NCBI GenBank assembly: GCA_963663805.2
Contig: CAXXMR010000018.1
Location: forward strand, 96,001-160,000
DNA: 64,000 nucleotides
From: Sedimentisphaerales bacterium
Lineage (GTDB): Bacteria; Planctomycetota; Phycisphaerae; Sedimentisphaerales; SM23-30
Direction of reading: 5' to 3'
In this document: positions 20,581 to 31,155 of the stretch, one piece after another
Position numbering within the stretch: position 1 is the first letter of the stretch
How the letters are laid out: each line of letters begins with the position of its first letter
Translations under genes and position numbers: made by a program
The notes under the pieces: model-generated
Told to the model about the DNA's origin: nothing
The model's input: the letters and a program-made list of their open reading frames with translations, nothing else
Database searches by the model: none

Positions 20581-22104
20581 ATGATGGCTGAAAAGATAAC
20601 CGCTCAAAGCTCTGTCGAGCAGCTTCCCGATGATGTTGCCACTCTTAAAGAGATGGTTCTGACGCTGTTGGGTCAGATTGATGATCTCAGCGGCCAGTTG
20701 TATTATCTCAAGCGGCAGTTGTTCGGCAAGAAAAGCGAAAAGCTCGATCCGGCTCAGCGTTTGTTGTTTGAAAATCTTTACGAGGAAGTTCAACAGAAGA
20801 TTGAACAGCAGAAGCCCTCACGCGCCAAGGTTGTCAAAGGCCGTAAGAATGCTAATCATCAAGGCCGCAAGCCGCTGCCGGAAAATTTGCGCCGCGAAAC
20901 TATCGACATTGAACCTGCCGAAGAAGAAAAAACCTGCCCGGTATGCCATAACGAAAAAGAACGTATCGGCGAGGAAGTAACCGAAAAGCTGGATTATGTG
21001 CCCGCATCTTTTTATGTTCAGCGTTATGTCAGAAGCAAATACGCCTGCAAGGTTTGCGAGAATAATATCTCGATTGGCGAACTGCCGCCCATGGCGATCG
21101 ACAAAGGCATTCCCGCTGAAGGTTTGCTGGCGTATATCATAACGAGCAAGTATGCGGACCACCAGCCGTTGAACCGTCTGGAAGGTATTATTAAGCGGCA
21201 CGGCGTGGAAATCAACGTCTCAACCATGTGCGACTGGGTGGGCAGTTGCGCTGAACTGCTGGAGCCGCTGGTCAAACGTATGCGGGAGAAGATTCAGCAG
21301 TCGGAAATCATTTATACCGATGATACCTCCATCCCCATCAAGAGCAAAAACCGTAAAGGATCCACGTATAAGGGCTATTTGTGGGTTTATATCGATACTG
21401 ATTATAATGTGGCGTTTGATTTTACGCCGACGCGTTCGCGCGAAGGTCCGCTAAATTTTATCGGCAGAGATTATCAGGGTTTTGTGCATGCCGATGCTTA
21501 TAGCGGCTATGATGAACTGTTTCGGGCTACCGATGCCGTTGAGGTGGCTTGTAATGCGCATGCGCGGCGGAAGTTTGAATACGCTTTAGACAGCGACCCG
21601 GTGCGGGCGGCACATTTTATGGTGCTCTGGGGTAAGCTTTATGAAATCGAGCGACGGGCAAAAGCGGAAAAATATTCGCCGGAGCAACTTTTGCAAGCCC
21701 GCCAGGAAGAAGCCCTGCCGATCTTTGCCGAAATCCGGGCGAAGCTGGATGAGTATCAGGGACAGGTTCTGCCTAAAAATAATATGGGCAAAGCCGTCAC
21801 CTACGCCCTGAACCAGTGGGATGCCCTGGTCCGCTATACCAGCGACCCACGGCTGAGCATCGATAATAATCTTTCGGAACGAACGCTGAGAATGGTAGTC
21901 ATTGGCCGAAAAAATTATATGTTCGCCGGCAGCGAAGCCGGAGCCGAACGCGCCGCCATAATCTACAGCCTGGTCGCCGGCTGCAAACTCCACAATCACG
22001 ACCCATTCGCGTATTTCAATTATGTCCTCAGAAAAATCTCCACCACCGGCGCCAACCAAATCGACACCCTCCTGCCCGCCAACTGGAAAACCCCGCAAAA
22101 TTAA
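20581..22104 (+). CDS. tnpC: IS66 transposase TnpC
   Basis: FGKKSEK, CPVC zinc finger, DAYSGY, CNAHARRKF, IDNNLSERTLR. Confidence 0.95.
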   Translation: MMAEKITAQSSVEQLPDDVATLKEMVLTLLGQIDDLSGQLYYLKRQLFGKKSEKLDPAQRLLFENLYEEVQQKIEQQKPSRAKVVKGRKNANHQGRKPLPENLRRETIDIEPAEEEKTCPVCHNEKERIGEEVTEKLDYVPASFYVQRYVRSKYACKVCENNISIGELPPMAIDKGIPAEGLLAYIITSKYADHQPLNRLEGIIKRHGVEINVSTMCDWVGSCAELLEPLVKRMREKIQQSEIIYTDDTSIPIKSKNRKGSTYKGYLWVYIDTDYNVAFDFTPTRSREGPLNFIGRDYQGFVHADAYSGYDELFRATDAVEVACNAHARRKFEYALDSDPVRAAHFMVLWGKLYEIERRAKAEKYSPEQLLQARQEEALPIFAEIRAKLDEYQGQVLPKNNMGKAVTYALNQWDALVRYTSDPRLSIDNNLSERTLRMVVIGRKNYMFAGSEAGAERAAIIYSLVAGCKLHNHDPFAYFNYVLRKISTTGANQIDTLLPANWKTPQN

Positions 22105-22543
22105 CCCGCCCCAACCGCAATCCACCAATTGTCAGCCAAGGTGTACTTGGCCGGAAACTTACTTTACAAATGGGTACGAATTACTGATAGTCAGGGAATC
22201 GGCGATATAGGGGACCGGCTTAATCAAAAACCTGATTTTCATAAGATTTTCTCCCCGCTCTGGAGGAATAGCTTTCGTAACTTCCTGTTTTTAAGAAACT
22301 TGGAAGATTTACCGCTGCGTGAAGTTTTTTTGAATATTCTTGTAATTTCCGGGTTTTTATGATAGATTAGCCGTAGATTTCATTGCTGCGGTGCTTTTCC
22401 GGCCGCGGCGGATGTTTAATTTAATAGAGGGGCCTTTCGTTTTAAGCCCGACTGTGGATTATTGGCGGCTAATGTTTTTTTCAACATTTTCCTCCTCGTA
22501 GCCCTAAGTATGGATATTACCCAAAATCTAGAGTGGTGAAAAA

Positions 22544-23284
22544 ATGGAAAAAAACAATATCGATAACATTAAGACTAGAGGTTGGATTACTCCCCTCGTT
22601 GAAAAATTAGTTACAAAAGCATCCTCTTTATCGGAGTTTGTTTTAGGTAAAAGGTTAGATTATCAGAAAAAATCTGCCGACCGTGCCATAACAGCAGAAC
22701 GGGCCAAACACGTTGATACTTATGTTGTATCATTTTTCATTATTAACACCTTATCGTATTTTATTATTAATCTTTGTGTAGGGCGGACAGCCTGGCATTT
22801 ATTATTGATTATAGCTCCTACAATTAGAATTGTCGAAATTGTTTCTTCTATAATTCGTATAGTTTTATTTGATCGTTCAAATATTAAAAAAGATGAAGAA
22901 CCTATTGTAGCAGCATATTCTCGAATGATTATACTTGGAATTCTCAACTATATAGATGTAGTGATATGTTTTGCTTGTATATATAGCCTTGGGAAAAACT
23001 TGTTACACTCTAATGAAAATATGGATTGGTTTACTTCGATTTATTTTAGTGCTATTACACAGATGACAATTGGATATGGTGATGTTTATCCAATTGGATA
23101 TTTGAGATATATTGCATGTACTCAAGGATTTATAGGCTTAATTATCATTGTTTTTGTTGTGGGAAGGTTTATTTCTCTTTTAGCACCCGAAAAAAGTATT
23201 GACGACATAAAATTTTCATCATCTGAACATGCATCGGCTACTGGAAAGGATACCGTAAATCCAACTTCGAATGATAAAGTTTGA
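22544..23284 (+). CDS. potassium channel family (Ion_trans_2-like) membrane protein
   Basis: YFSAITQMTIGYGDVYP selectivity-filter motif between TM helices; AT-rich. Confidence 0.8.
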   Translation: MEKNNIDNIKTRGWITPLVEKLVTKASSLSEFVLGKRLDYQKKSADRAITAERAKHVDTYVVSFFIINTLSYFIINLCVGRTAWHLLLIIAPTIRIVEIVSSIIRIVLFDRSNIKKDEEPIVAAYSRMIILGILNYIDVVICFACIYSLGKNLLHSNENMDWFTSIYFSAITQMTIGYGDVYPIGYLRYIACTQGFIGLIIIVFVVGRFISLLAPEKSIDDIKFSSSEHASATGKDTVNPTSNDKV

Positions 23285-23332
23285 TTCGAGTATTTAATTT
23301 TTTAAAACATTTGATAAGGAATACACAGAGAA

Positions 23333-23938
23333 ATGATGCTTGCTGAAATTCCAATTTGCTTAGACCCTTTTGCTTGCACACTAGCCCTTATTGCGATTTT
23401 TTATGCGATATGGGAAGCCCGTAAAAACAATGTTATAATTTTAAAAATGAAAGAATTCAGTTTTAGTGGAGTACAGAGTGTAGATGAAAATGATGGGGAA
23501 AAATTTGTGTGTCTTAGAGTAGTAATTCTGAATAAGGGAATGACTTTACATAATGTAAAGCTATTTTTGTCATATACTCATTTCAGTGGATTGGGTAGAG
23601 TGTCTGTTCCTGTTCCTATTAATGAGACAATATATAATAAGGGAGATTTTGCCCGGGGTATGTTGGCTGAATTTGTAATCAAATCGTACAAATACAAAAA
23701 TTGTGATATGCTACTCGAAACTCTTAATAATGTTGAAAAACAGAATGTTACATTGTGTTTATATTCCCAAAATTATCTTGCCAAGGAATTTCGATTTGAT
23801 AATTTCTTCAAGGACGTAGAACGGAAACTAAAAAAAATGCCTAACTACAAATTTTTTAAATTACACCTTGGTAATTTTAGAAAAGAGAGTTTGCAATTAT
23901 TTATTGACGTTTTAAAGAGGGAAAGAGATTTGCCATGA
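23333..23938 (+). CDS. hypothetical protein with N-terminal TM helix
   Basis: 201-aa AT-rich ORF after an AAGGA RBS-like motif; no family recognised. Confidence 0.55.
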   Translation: MMLAEIPICLDPFACTLALIAIFYAIWEARKNNVIILKMKEFSFSGVQSVDENDGEKFVCLRVVILNKGMTLHNVKLFLSYTHFSGLGRVSVPVPINETIYNKGDFARGMLAEFVIKSYKYKNCDMLLETLNNVEKQNVTLCLYSQNYLAKEFRFDNFFKDVERKLKKMPNYKFFKLHLGNFRKESLQLFIDVLKRERDLP

Positions 23939-24045
23939 TTGTAGTGATTGATTATTGGAGTACCGAAACGGTGTCCGGTCCTTTTTTGCTTGAGGAATAA
24001 AACCGACTGAACCCCACCACCTCGGGTTTATCGTTCTTAAGAGGA

Positions 24046-24075
24046 AGGCAAGAGGCATGAGGCGATAGGCAAGAG
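24046..24075. repeat. 7-bp tandem repeat (AGGCNNN)x4
   Basis: AGGCAAG AGGCATG AGGCGAT AGGCAAG AG. Confidence 0.7.
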
Positions 24076-24196
24076 TGAAGGTTTGGCCTCCGGCCAGTTG
24101 AAATTTTGTTAATGATCTGGCCCGGGACGCTGTCTCGTGCGGTTTCCCCCCGGCTGCCGCCAAATCAGTAATCCGTTTTCAGCAGAAAAAATTTGA

Positions 24197-24285
24197 ACCA
24201 CGAAGCTCGCGAAGTTCACGAAGAAAACATTTATATAACAATACAATAATTCTTTTAACTTCGTGTCTTTCGTGCCCTTCGTGGT
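24197..24285. repeat. REP-like inverted repeat built from 9-bp CACGAA units
   Basis: Arms ACCACGAAG-CTCGCGAAG-TTCACGAAG and CTTCGTGTC-TTTCGTGCC-CTTCGTGGT around a 35-bp AT-rich loop. Confidence 0.85.
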
Positions 24286-24499
24286 GCTTAATTCTTTTGT
24301 AGCTGTTATTAAAAAACCGCGAAATCCGGTGCGTATCGCACAGATAGATATAATCATCCGCGGCTAAATTATTTAGTATTAAGAAAAACGCCGTAATAAT
24401 ACTGATAATCCCGAAAGTTTCGTTTTTCCGCTCAAAGAATCATGTTATAACAGATTTGACGTCCCATAAAAACCCCCGCGGCGTAACGGCGCTTTTGTC

Positions 24500-24740
24500 A
24501 TAGCTCTGCTGATTAAATCAGAAGAGTTCTGACCAAAGGAATCATAGCGCCGACTTTGTCAGCAGAGCGCTGATTTAATCAGCAGAGCGCCGACAAAAGA
24601 ATAATCCCGCCGATCTAAGCGCAGCTCTGCCGACAAAAGCGCCATTTCCCCGATTTAATCATCGACCCGCCGCCGAAATTGCAGCCTTGCCGACCCGGTC
24701 AACAAACCGCCGCTAAAAGAAATACTACACCGCCGGAAAC
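24500..24740. repeat. degenerate 20-bp-period tandem array (~12 units)
   Basis: GCYGA-like core at 24549, 24569, 24589 ... 24729 (exact 20-bp steps), also at 24508 and 24528. Confidence 0.85.
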
Positions 24741-25101
24741 GCCGGGAATATTCCCCGCTCGGTCGATCAACTCTGTTTTTTTTCGTAAGGTGCTGGAAGA
24801 TATGGCTTTAGGGTTAAATCGGACGGGCTTTGGCGGGGCGATAGCGTCTATTTTAGAAATTTGTGGTATTTCGGGCGGCGGCCGGGGCCGGGCGGTGATG
24901 TTGGAAGCATAGAGCCTGTTTTTGTCTGGTTTATGCCGGGGCGATAGCGAAAAATGTGAGGATTGACCGTTTCGAGTTTCATTGTTTCCATCTTTTGGCC
25001 GACAGGGGACATTTCTATATTATTATATTCAGTTATAATGTTTACACGCTATAGTTGCGTGAGAGTTTGGCGGCTGAGATATTCTGGTAAGAGAGTTGGT
25101 T

Positions 25102-26430
25102 ATGAAACTGTATAAGATGATGAGGTGGTATTTTCGTGTATCTCTGGTTTGGCGTATTCTGGTTTGTCTGGCTGTCGGGGCGGTGATCGGGATTGTTTTA
25201 TGGATACTTTCTGAGCGTACCGACTGGCTGAATCTTCCCGCGATCATTAATATCGTCGCGCCGTTCGGGAATGTTTTTGTTTATATGCTCAAAATGATCG
25301 TGGTGCCGGTTATCTTCTTTTCGCTGGTGCTGGGGGCCGGTAATTTGCCATTGAAAAAATTCGGTATTGTCGGGGCCAAGACCATGGGCTGGTACTTTCT
25401 GACCTCTGTTTTTGCGGCGGTTGTCGGGGCATTTCTGGCATTACTGCTCAATCCGGGCTCCGGCAGCGACCTGGCGGACTGGAATGAAATGGCTACCCTG
25501 CTTTCCGCTCAGGTGGGGCAGGTCAGTGACTCCGCTCAAAGCGATGGAACCTTTACGGCATTATTGTACAGTATGTTCCAGAACCCGTTCCACGCGTTGG
25601 CGGAAGGGAATTTTCTGCCGATAATCGTTTTCGCGATTCTTTTTGGTCTGGCCGTCCGGGTCTGTATGGAGGCTTCGGAGGATAGCCGGTATATCGCTCG
25701 CCTGCAGCAGTTAATGGATGTGCTGGAGGCCTGTCGCGATGCGATGTTCAAGATCGTTGACTGGGTGCTGGAATATTCTCCGGTGGGGGTGCTGGCCTTG
25801 ACCATTGTGAACTTCGCCTTATACGGGCCTAAAATCGTGGGCCCTTATGTGAGTATTACGCTGGGTGTCATCGGCGGGATTGCGGTAATGATTTTTATTG
25901 TTTATCCGATATTGATGTGGCTGGTTACCCGTCATAATCCTTTCACGGTACTAAAGAAGATTCAGGAAGCGATGATTATGGCTTTTATGACACGCAGCAG
26001 TGCGGCGACGCTGCCGGTCTCCATGAAAGTAGCTGAGGAGGAATTGAATGTCCATGATGAACTGGCGAGCTTTGCCCTGCCTTTGGGGGCGACCATTAAT
26101 ATGGACGGGGTTTGTGTGCATCTGCCGATGTTTGCGGTTCTGGCCGCTAATATGTTTGGCCTGGAGTTAAGCGTCTATAGCTTGTTTGTTTTGGTTATGA
26201 CGACGGTATTGGCCTCAATCGGTGCCGGCGGTGTCCCGGGGGGCAGTTTGATGCTGCTGTTTATTATCTTGAGAACGATGGGATTAGCGGAAGATCAGGT
26301 CTCGATTATTGTGGCTCTGGCTCTGGGTATCAATCCGGTGTTGGATATGTTTGAAACGATGAATAATGTGACCGGCGATCTGGTTTGTACTTATACGGTT
26401 GCCTCGAGAGAGAAACTCATCAAGGATTAA
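25102..26430 (+). CDS. dicarboxylate/amino acid:cation symporter (DAACS)
   Basis: LKMIVVP, TRSSAATLP, LPLGATINMDG, SIGAGGVPGG, NNVTGD. Confidence 0.93.
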   Translation: MKLYKMMRWYFRVSLVWRILVCLAVGAVIGIVLWILSERTDWLNLPAIINIVAPFGNVFVYMLKMIVVPVIFFSLVLGAGNLPLKKFGIVGAKTMGWYFLTSVFAAVVGAFLALLLNPGSGSDLADWNEMATLLSAQVGQVSDSAQSDGTFTALLYSMFQNPFHALAEGNFLPIIVFAILFGLAVRVCMEASEDSRYIARLQQLMDVLEACRDAMFKIVDWVLEYSPVGVLALTIVNFALYGPKIVGPYVSITLGVIGGIAVMIFIVYPILMWLVTRHNPFTVLKKIQEAMIMAFMTRSSAATLPVSMKVAEEELNVHDELASFALPLGATINMDGVCVHLPMFAVLAANMFGLELSVYSLFVLVMTTVLASIGAGGVPGGSLMLLFIILRTMGLAEDQVSIIVALALGINPVLDMFETMNNVTGDLVCTYTVASREKLIKD

Positions 26431-26438
26431 CTCATTCT

Positions 26439-27650
26439 GTGAAGTCCTGCGCATCCATATATAAAACAGGGGTGGGCCCTTCCAGCTCCCATAGTATGGG
26501 GCCTCGAAAAGCCTCCGAAAATTTCAAGCAGATGCTTTCCGGCTCTGTCAGTATGATACGGGTGGAATTATACGGGAGTCTGGCCGCGACCGGCAAAGGA
26601 CACCTTACCGATAAAGCCATCTCGGAGTCATTGCTTGATTATCCGGTGGAGTTTGTCTGGAAACCCGATGAGCATCTTCCGCAACATGCAAACGCTATGA
26701 TTTTTAAGGCTTACAGCGGCTCTGATTTGCTTAAGTCGTGGACGGTTTACAGTATCGGCGGCGGCGAAATATCTGAGGCAGGCAGGCATGATGCTGCGGC
26801 CGATCAGGTCTATGGCCTGGATTCGATTGGAGCCATTATGACTGAATGTTCCGGGCGAGATTTGCCTCTGATCGATTATATTACTTCAAAGGAAGATACC
26901 GGATTTTGGGAGAAGATAGATGCGATATGGGCAGTAATGAAATCCGCAGTGCAAAAAGGTCTGGAGCAAAAGGCGGTCTCTCTGCCCGGCCCGTTAGAAC
27001 TGAAACGGAGAGCCGGGACGATGTTCCATTCCGCGAATAAGCATATCGGTACCGTCAGAGATATGAATCTGGTATCAGCCTATGCTCTGGCGGTTGCCGA
27101 GGAAAATGCTGCCGGAGGCCGGATCGTAACTGCGCCGACTTGCGGAGCTTGCGGCGTTTTGCCCGGTATCCTTTATTTTCTTTATGACAATTGCCATACG
27201 ACGAATCAGGATGTCGCCAAAGCCCTGGCGGTTGCAGGATTGTTCGGAGTTTCAGTGGCGACCCGGGCTTCTATCAGCGGTGCCGAGGTGGGTTGTCAGG
27301 GAGAGATCGGGGTGGCTTGCGCGATGGCTTCCGCCGCGGCAGCATTTCTTCTGGGAGGAAACAACCAGCAAATCGAATATGCCGCGGAAATGGGCATGGA
27401 GCATTTTCTGGGGTTGACTTGCGACCCGGTTAAAGGATATGTGCAGATACCATGTATCGAACGAAATGCTTTTGCCGCGATGCGGGCGCTGGAATGTGCC
27501 GGTTACGCCGTTGCCACGGATGGACATCATATTGTCAGCTTTGATGATGTTATTGATGTGATGAATGCGACGGGTAAGGATTTGCAGGAAAGATATAGAG
27601 AAACCGCTCTTGGGGGATTGGCGGCAATAATGGAAAATAAGATACGATAA
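26439..27650 (+). CDS. sdaA: L-serine ammonia-lyase, Fe-S dependent (fused alpha/beta)
   Basis: GVGPSSSH, LYGSLAATGKGH, TAPTCG, SGAEVGCQGE, LGLTCDP, QIPCIERN. Confidence 0.93.
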   Translation: MKSCASIYKTGVGPSSSHSMGPRKASENFKQMLSGSVSMIRVELYGSLAATGKGHLTDKAISESLLDYPVEFVWKPDEHLPQHANAMIFKAYSGSDLLKSWTVYSIGGGEISEAGRHDAAADQVYGLDSIGAIMTECSGRDLPLIDYITSKEDTGFWEKIDAIWAVMKSAVQKGLEQKAVSLPGPLELKRRAGTMFHSANKHIGTVRDMNLVSAYALAVAEENAAGGRIVTAPTCGACGVLPGILYFLYDNCHTTNQDVAKALAVAGLFGVSVATRASISGAEVGCQGEIGVACAMASAAAAFLLGGNNQQIEYAAEMGMEHFLGLTCDPVKGYVQIPCIERNAFAAMRALECAGYAVATDGHHIVSFDDVIDVMNATGKDLQERYRETALGGLAAIMENKIR

Positions 27651-27865
27651 ATCAGTGTCGTCCTGTTATTGGAGATCATATATCAAGAGCAGCCTGAACC
27701 GAATATATTATTGAAAGCGATTGTAAGTGGAGTTATGCAAAATGCCGATTTGGCATACGTTATGATCAGAAAAGAGGCGCTGCGCTGTTTTTTCTGAGTC
27801 GCGAGGCTTTGTTGTAAGTTTTTTCCGGTTAATAATTTAATGCATGTTTATGGAAAGGTAGCGAA

Positions 27866-28770
27866 ATGAGTAGGGCTGGTTTTGTTGGATTGATTTGTGT
27901 TGTGCTTGTGAGTATATATGCAAAATTTACCCTGTCGCAGACTGTCGCATCTGAGCTTTATGTTAAACAGCATAAAGCTGTGATGAAACTAAGAGCCAGG
28001 GTTGTTGATGGCAAAGAGGTTCATCTGACGTTTTGCAAAAACGCCTGGTTTGCCAGAAAGAGCAACTATGACGACCTGTTCAAGAATATTCTCATATATC
28101 GCAGGAAAGTGGATTTCACTTGCCTTAAGGATACAAAAGAGTACTTTGACGGCTTAGTTTGCAGTGAAGCTGATATTTTGTATGAAGGGCCCGTTGACTG
28201 CCGGCAAAATAAAAATTTTAAATATATTGATAAAAGTGCTGTTGTTGGCGAAATTTATGCTTATTGGGTTAGTTTGTCCGACGGCCCGGCAACAGGTCCC
28301 GTTGCTGTAAAAATACGAGATTCCCGTATTTTCTGGTCGATGGATAAAACCGCACAAGCTGCATATGACCTTGAAAAAGCATATCCAGGATTGGTTAAAG
28401 TCAAACCGATAGGTAAAACGGTTATGGGCCGAGATATTTTAGGGCTCGAGATTGGAAAGCAAAATAAAAAAATCGCATTAATTTCCGGTATACATGCTTC
28501 TGAAGCGGGGCCGGAAATCATTATTCCTGTACTAAAATCGCTGCTTGAAAATCACAAAGATATATTCAATCATGCTAGTATTATTGCTGTGCCTTGTATG
28601 AATATGGATCAAAGGCAAAAAGTCGTTGAAGGTGCTCCATGGTATTTACGGACAAATATGGCGTTTGTTGATTTGAATCGTAATTTTCCCGGAGATTGGG
28701 AACAGGTTAGCTATAACTATGGCTGTGACAGTTCTTGCCCGGATCATGTTACATATCGTGGGCCAACGCC
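27866..28770 (+). pseudogene. M14 zinc carboxypeptidase-domain protein, cut by IS21
   Basis: IGKTVMGRDI, GIHASE (HxxE), VDLNRNF, YRGP then the IS21 IR at 28771. Confidence 0.82.
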
Positions 28771-28906
28771 TGGTGATTAGCATTGAAAATGGAGCCAGAT
28801 TTGCGGGTTTTCTCTTCTGAAAAAGCATCGAAAAAGGAGCCACTGTAAAAGGCCGATAAGATGTGTTTAAGATACGTAACATTTTAGACACAGGAGGCTT
28901 AGAAAG

Positions 28907-30394
28907 GTGCTTACAGTGGAGCATTATGAGATTATCAGACGTAAAGTTCGTGATGGGATATCGCAACGTGAGGTTGCCCTGGAGCTGGGGCATTCGCGTA
29001 ACACGGTGGCCAAGGCCCTGAAAAATCCGATTCCGCCGGGCTATCGGCTCAGTCAGCCGCGGGTCAAGGCTGTCATGGATCCCTTCGCGCACATTATTGA
29101 CACCTGGCTGGAATCTGACAAAAAGGTTCGGCGTAAGCAGCGGATGCAGGCGACCAAAATGTATCAGCGGCTTTGTGACGAGTATGGTTTCACCGGTCAT
29201 TACAGCACTGTCCAGCGGTATATCAAGGAAGCGAGTAATCGCCAAAAAGAAGCTTACCTGCCGTTAGCGTTTGAGTTTGGCGAAGAAGCCCAGGTTGACT
29301 GGCATGAAGCTAACATTAAAGAAAACGGCAGGGAGAAGAAGGTCTACGTTTTTTGCATGAAGCTGTGCTGTTCTAAGGCTCCTTTTGTTTGTGCTTACGA
29401 GAGCATGAAGATCGAATGTTTTCTTGACGGCCATGTCCGGGCGTTTGAATATTTCGGCGGCGTGCCCAAACGCATTGCTTACGACAATTTAAAAACTGCG
29501 GTTCTAAAGGTTCTCAAAAAAGGCAAGCGTCGGCTCAACCGCAAATTCGTAGAGCTTAAGAGTTGGTATTTGTTTGACACTCGTTTTTGCAATGTCGCTA
29601 AAGGTAATGAAAAAGGCGATGTCGAGAATCTCGCCAAGCGAAGTGAAAGGCAGTTCTTCTCTCCGGTTCCGAGAGTTACCGATATGGCTCAGCTGAATGA
29701 GATGCTGATTGCTCAGTGTATCAAAGAACTGGATCGCCAGGGCCCTGCACCTCATACGAATAAAACCATTGGCGATTTATTTGCGGAAGAGAAAACACAT
29801 TTATACGAACTGCCTGAGCAGAAGTTTGAAGCCTGTCGTCGAATATCCACCTTTGCGGACAAACAGCTTACAGTACGGGTTGATACTAACCGGTATTGGG
29901 TGCCGACGGAGTATGCCTATCAATCTTGCCAGGTCAAGGTATTCGTTGACCGGGTTGACCTGTTCTATAAAAATGAGCTGGTTGCCTCGCATTCCAGATG
30001 TTACGATAAAGACCAGTATATCCTGGATCCGCTGCATTATATCAAACTTTTAGAGCGTAAGCCCGGTTCGCTGGATAATGCTCGGCCATTCAAGGGCCAG
30101 CCCTGGGGCGAAGATTTCACCTTGATGCGAACAGAGCTTGAATATCGATACGGCAGTGAAGGGCCCGGTAAATACATCAACATCCTGCTGCTCTTTATCA
30201 GGCATCCGCAAAAAGAAGTTGAACATGCCGTTGGTGTTTGTGTCAAGTGCCGGGCGTTCAGCGATGAAGCGGTGGAAAGCTTTTTACGTAACGGCTCACA
30301 ATTGAACCTTGCCGGCAATCAAGTCCTGGTAAACCAAGGCGATGGCAAACGCAATCTCGATGTTTATAACCAGTTGGCCGGGGAGGTAGCATGA
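28907..30394 (+). CDS. istA: IS21 transposase IstA
   Basis: HTH, EAQVDW, YDNLKTAV, EKGDVEN. Confidence 0.95.
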   Translation: MLTVEHYEIIRRKVRDGISQREVALELGHSRNTVAKALKNPIPPGYRLSQPRVKAVMDPFAHIIDTWLESDKKVRRKQRMQATKMYQRLCDEYGFTGHYSTVQRYIKEASNRQKEAYLPLAFEFGEEAQVDWHEANIKENGREKKVYVFCMKLCCSKAPFVCAYESMKIECFLDGHVRAFEYFGGVPKRIAYDNLKTAVLKVLKKGKRRLNRKFVELKSWYLFDTRFCNVAKGNEKGDVENLAKRSERQFFSPVPRVTDMAQLNEMLIAQCIKELDRQGPAPHTNKTIGDLFAEEKTHLYELPEQKFEACRRISTFADKQLTVRVDTNRYWVPTEYAYQSCQVKVFVDRVDLFYKNELVASHSRCYDKDQYILDPLHYIKLLERKPGSLDNARPFKGQPWGEDFTLMRTELEYRYGSEGPGKYINILLLFIRHPQKEVEHAVGVCVKCRAFSDEAVESFLRNGSQLNLAGNQVLVNQGDGKRNLDVYNQLAGEVA

Positions 30395-31155
30395 AAGATC
30401 AAATGGTTTTATTAAAAAGCTATCTCAAGACCCTGAAGCTTCCGACAATTCAAAAAGAGTATCAGACAATTGCCCGGGCATCCGCCCAGGCAAACGAATC
30501 CTATGAAAGTTACCTGCAAAGACTGGCCGAAATCGAAGTCTTTCATCGACAGTCGCAGGCCATCGCCAGGAGATTGAAACAGGCAAACTTCCCCATGACT
30601 AAGGAACTTGAAAGTTTTGATTTTATGGCCGTGCCGCAGATAAATAAAAAACAGATTATCGACCTTTCGATGTGCGGCTTTATCGACCGCCGCAGTAATA
30701 TCGTCTTTACCGGCCCGCCGGGCGTGGGTAAAAGTCATCTGGCCATCGCCCTCGGCCGGGAAGCCTGCCGACGAGGTTATAAAGTGCGGTTCTTTACCGC
30801 TGCTGAACTGGTTAATACGTATCTCGAAGCCCGACAGGAAAGAGCGGTGTTGAAATTAGAGAGCTATATAAAAAAATGCGACCTGATCATCATCGATGAA
30901 CTGGGCTATGTCCCGTTCGACCGTATCGGAGCGGAACATCTGTTCGGCTTTTTCAGCCAGTGCTATGAACAAACCAGCCTGATCGTAACAACGAATCTGC
31001 CATTCGCCGATTGGCCCCAGGTCTTTGGCGATGATGAAAGATTAGCCGGTGCTCTGCTGGACCGACTGACCCACCATGTGAGCGTGGTCGAAATCATAAC
31101 CGACAGCTGGCGACTTAACCAGAGTTTAGAGAAAAAACGGAAAAAAGAAGGCTAA
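30391..31155 (+). CDS. istB: IS21 helper ATPase IstB
   Basis: GPPGVGKS, IIDELGY. Confidence 0.95.
   Translation: MKDQMVLLKSYLKTLKLPTIQKEYQTIARASAQANESYESYLQRLAEIEVFHRQSQAIARRLKQANFPMTKELESFDFMAVPQINKKQIIDLSMCGFIDRRSNIVFTGPPGVGKSHLAIALGREACRRGYKVRFFTAAELVNTYLEARQERAVLKLESYIKKCDLIIIDELGYVPFDRIGAEHLFGFFSQCYEQTSLIVTTNLPFADWPQVFGDDERLAGALLDRLTHHVSVVEIITDSWRLNQSLEKKRKKEG

Larger units (their letters stand above)
19681..22162 (+). mobile_element. IS66-family element (tnpA-tnpB-tnpC)
   Basis: IRs GTAAGGTTCCGGCCAAGTGCA / TGTACTTGGCCGGAAACTTAC; three typical ORFs; no 8-bp target duplication visible. Confidence 0.95.

Noticed and set aside
22544..23990. Integron cassette array
   Set aside because: No convincing attC (RYYYAAC...GTTRRRY) structure and no integron integrase.
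24500..24740. CRISPR array
   Set aside because: Period is only 20 bp, there is no 23-47-bp conserved repeat with unique spacers, and no cas genes are in the window.
4241..28770. Simple composite transposon or single inversion between the IS21 copies
   Set aside because: No target duplication in either pairing, and such an inversion would not change the relative orientation of the two priA att copies, which both lie outside.
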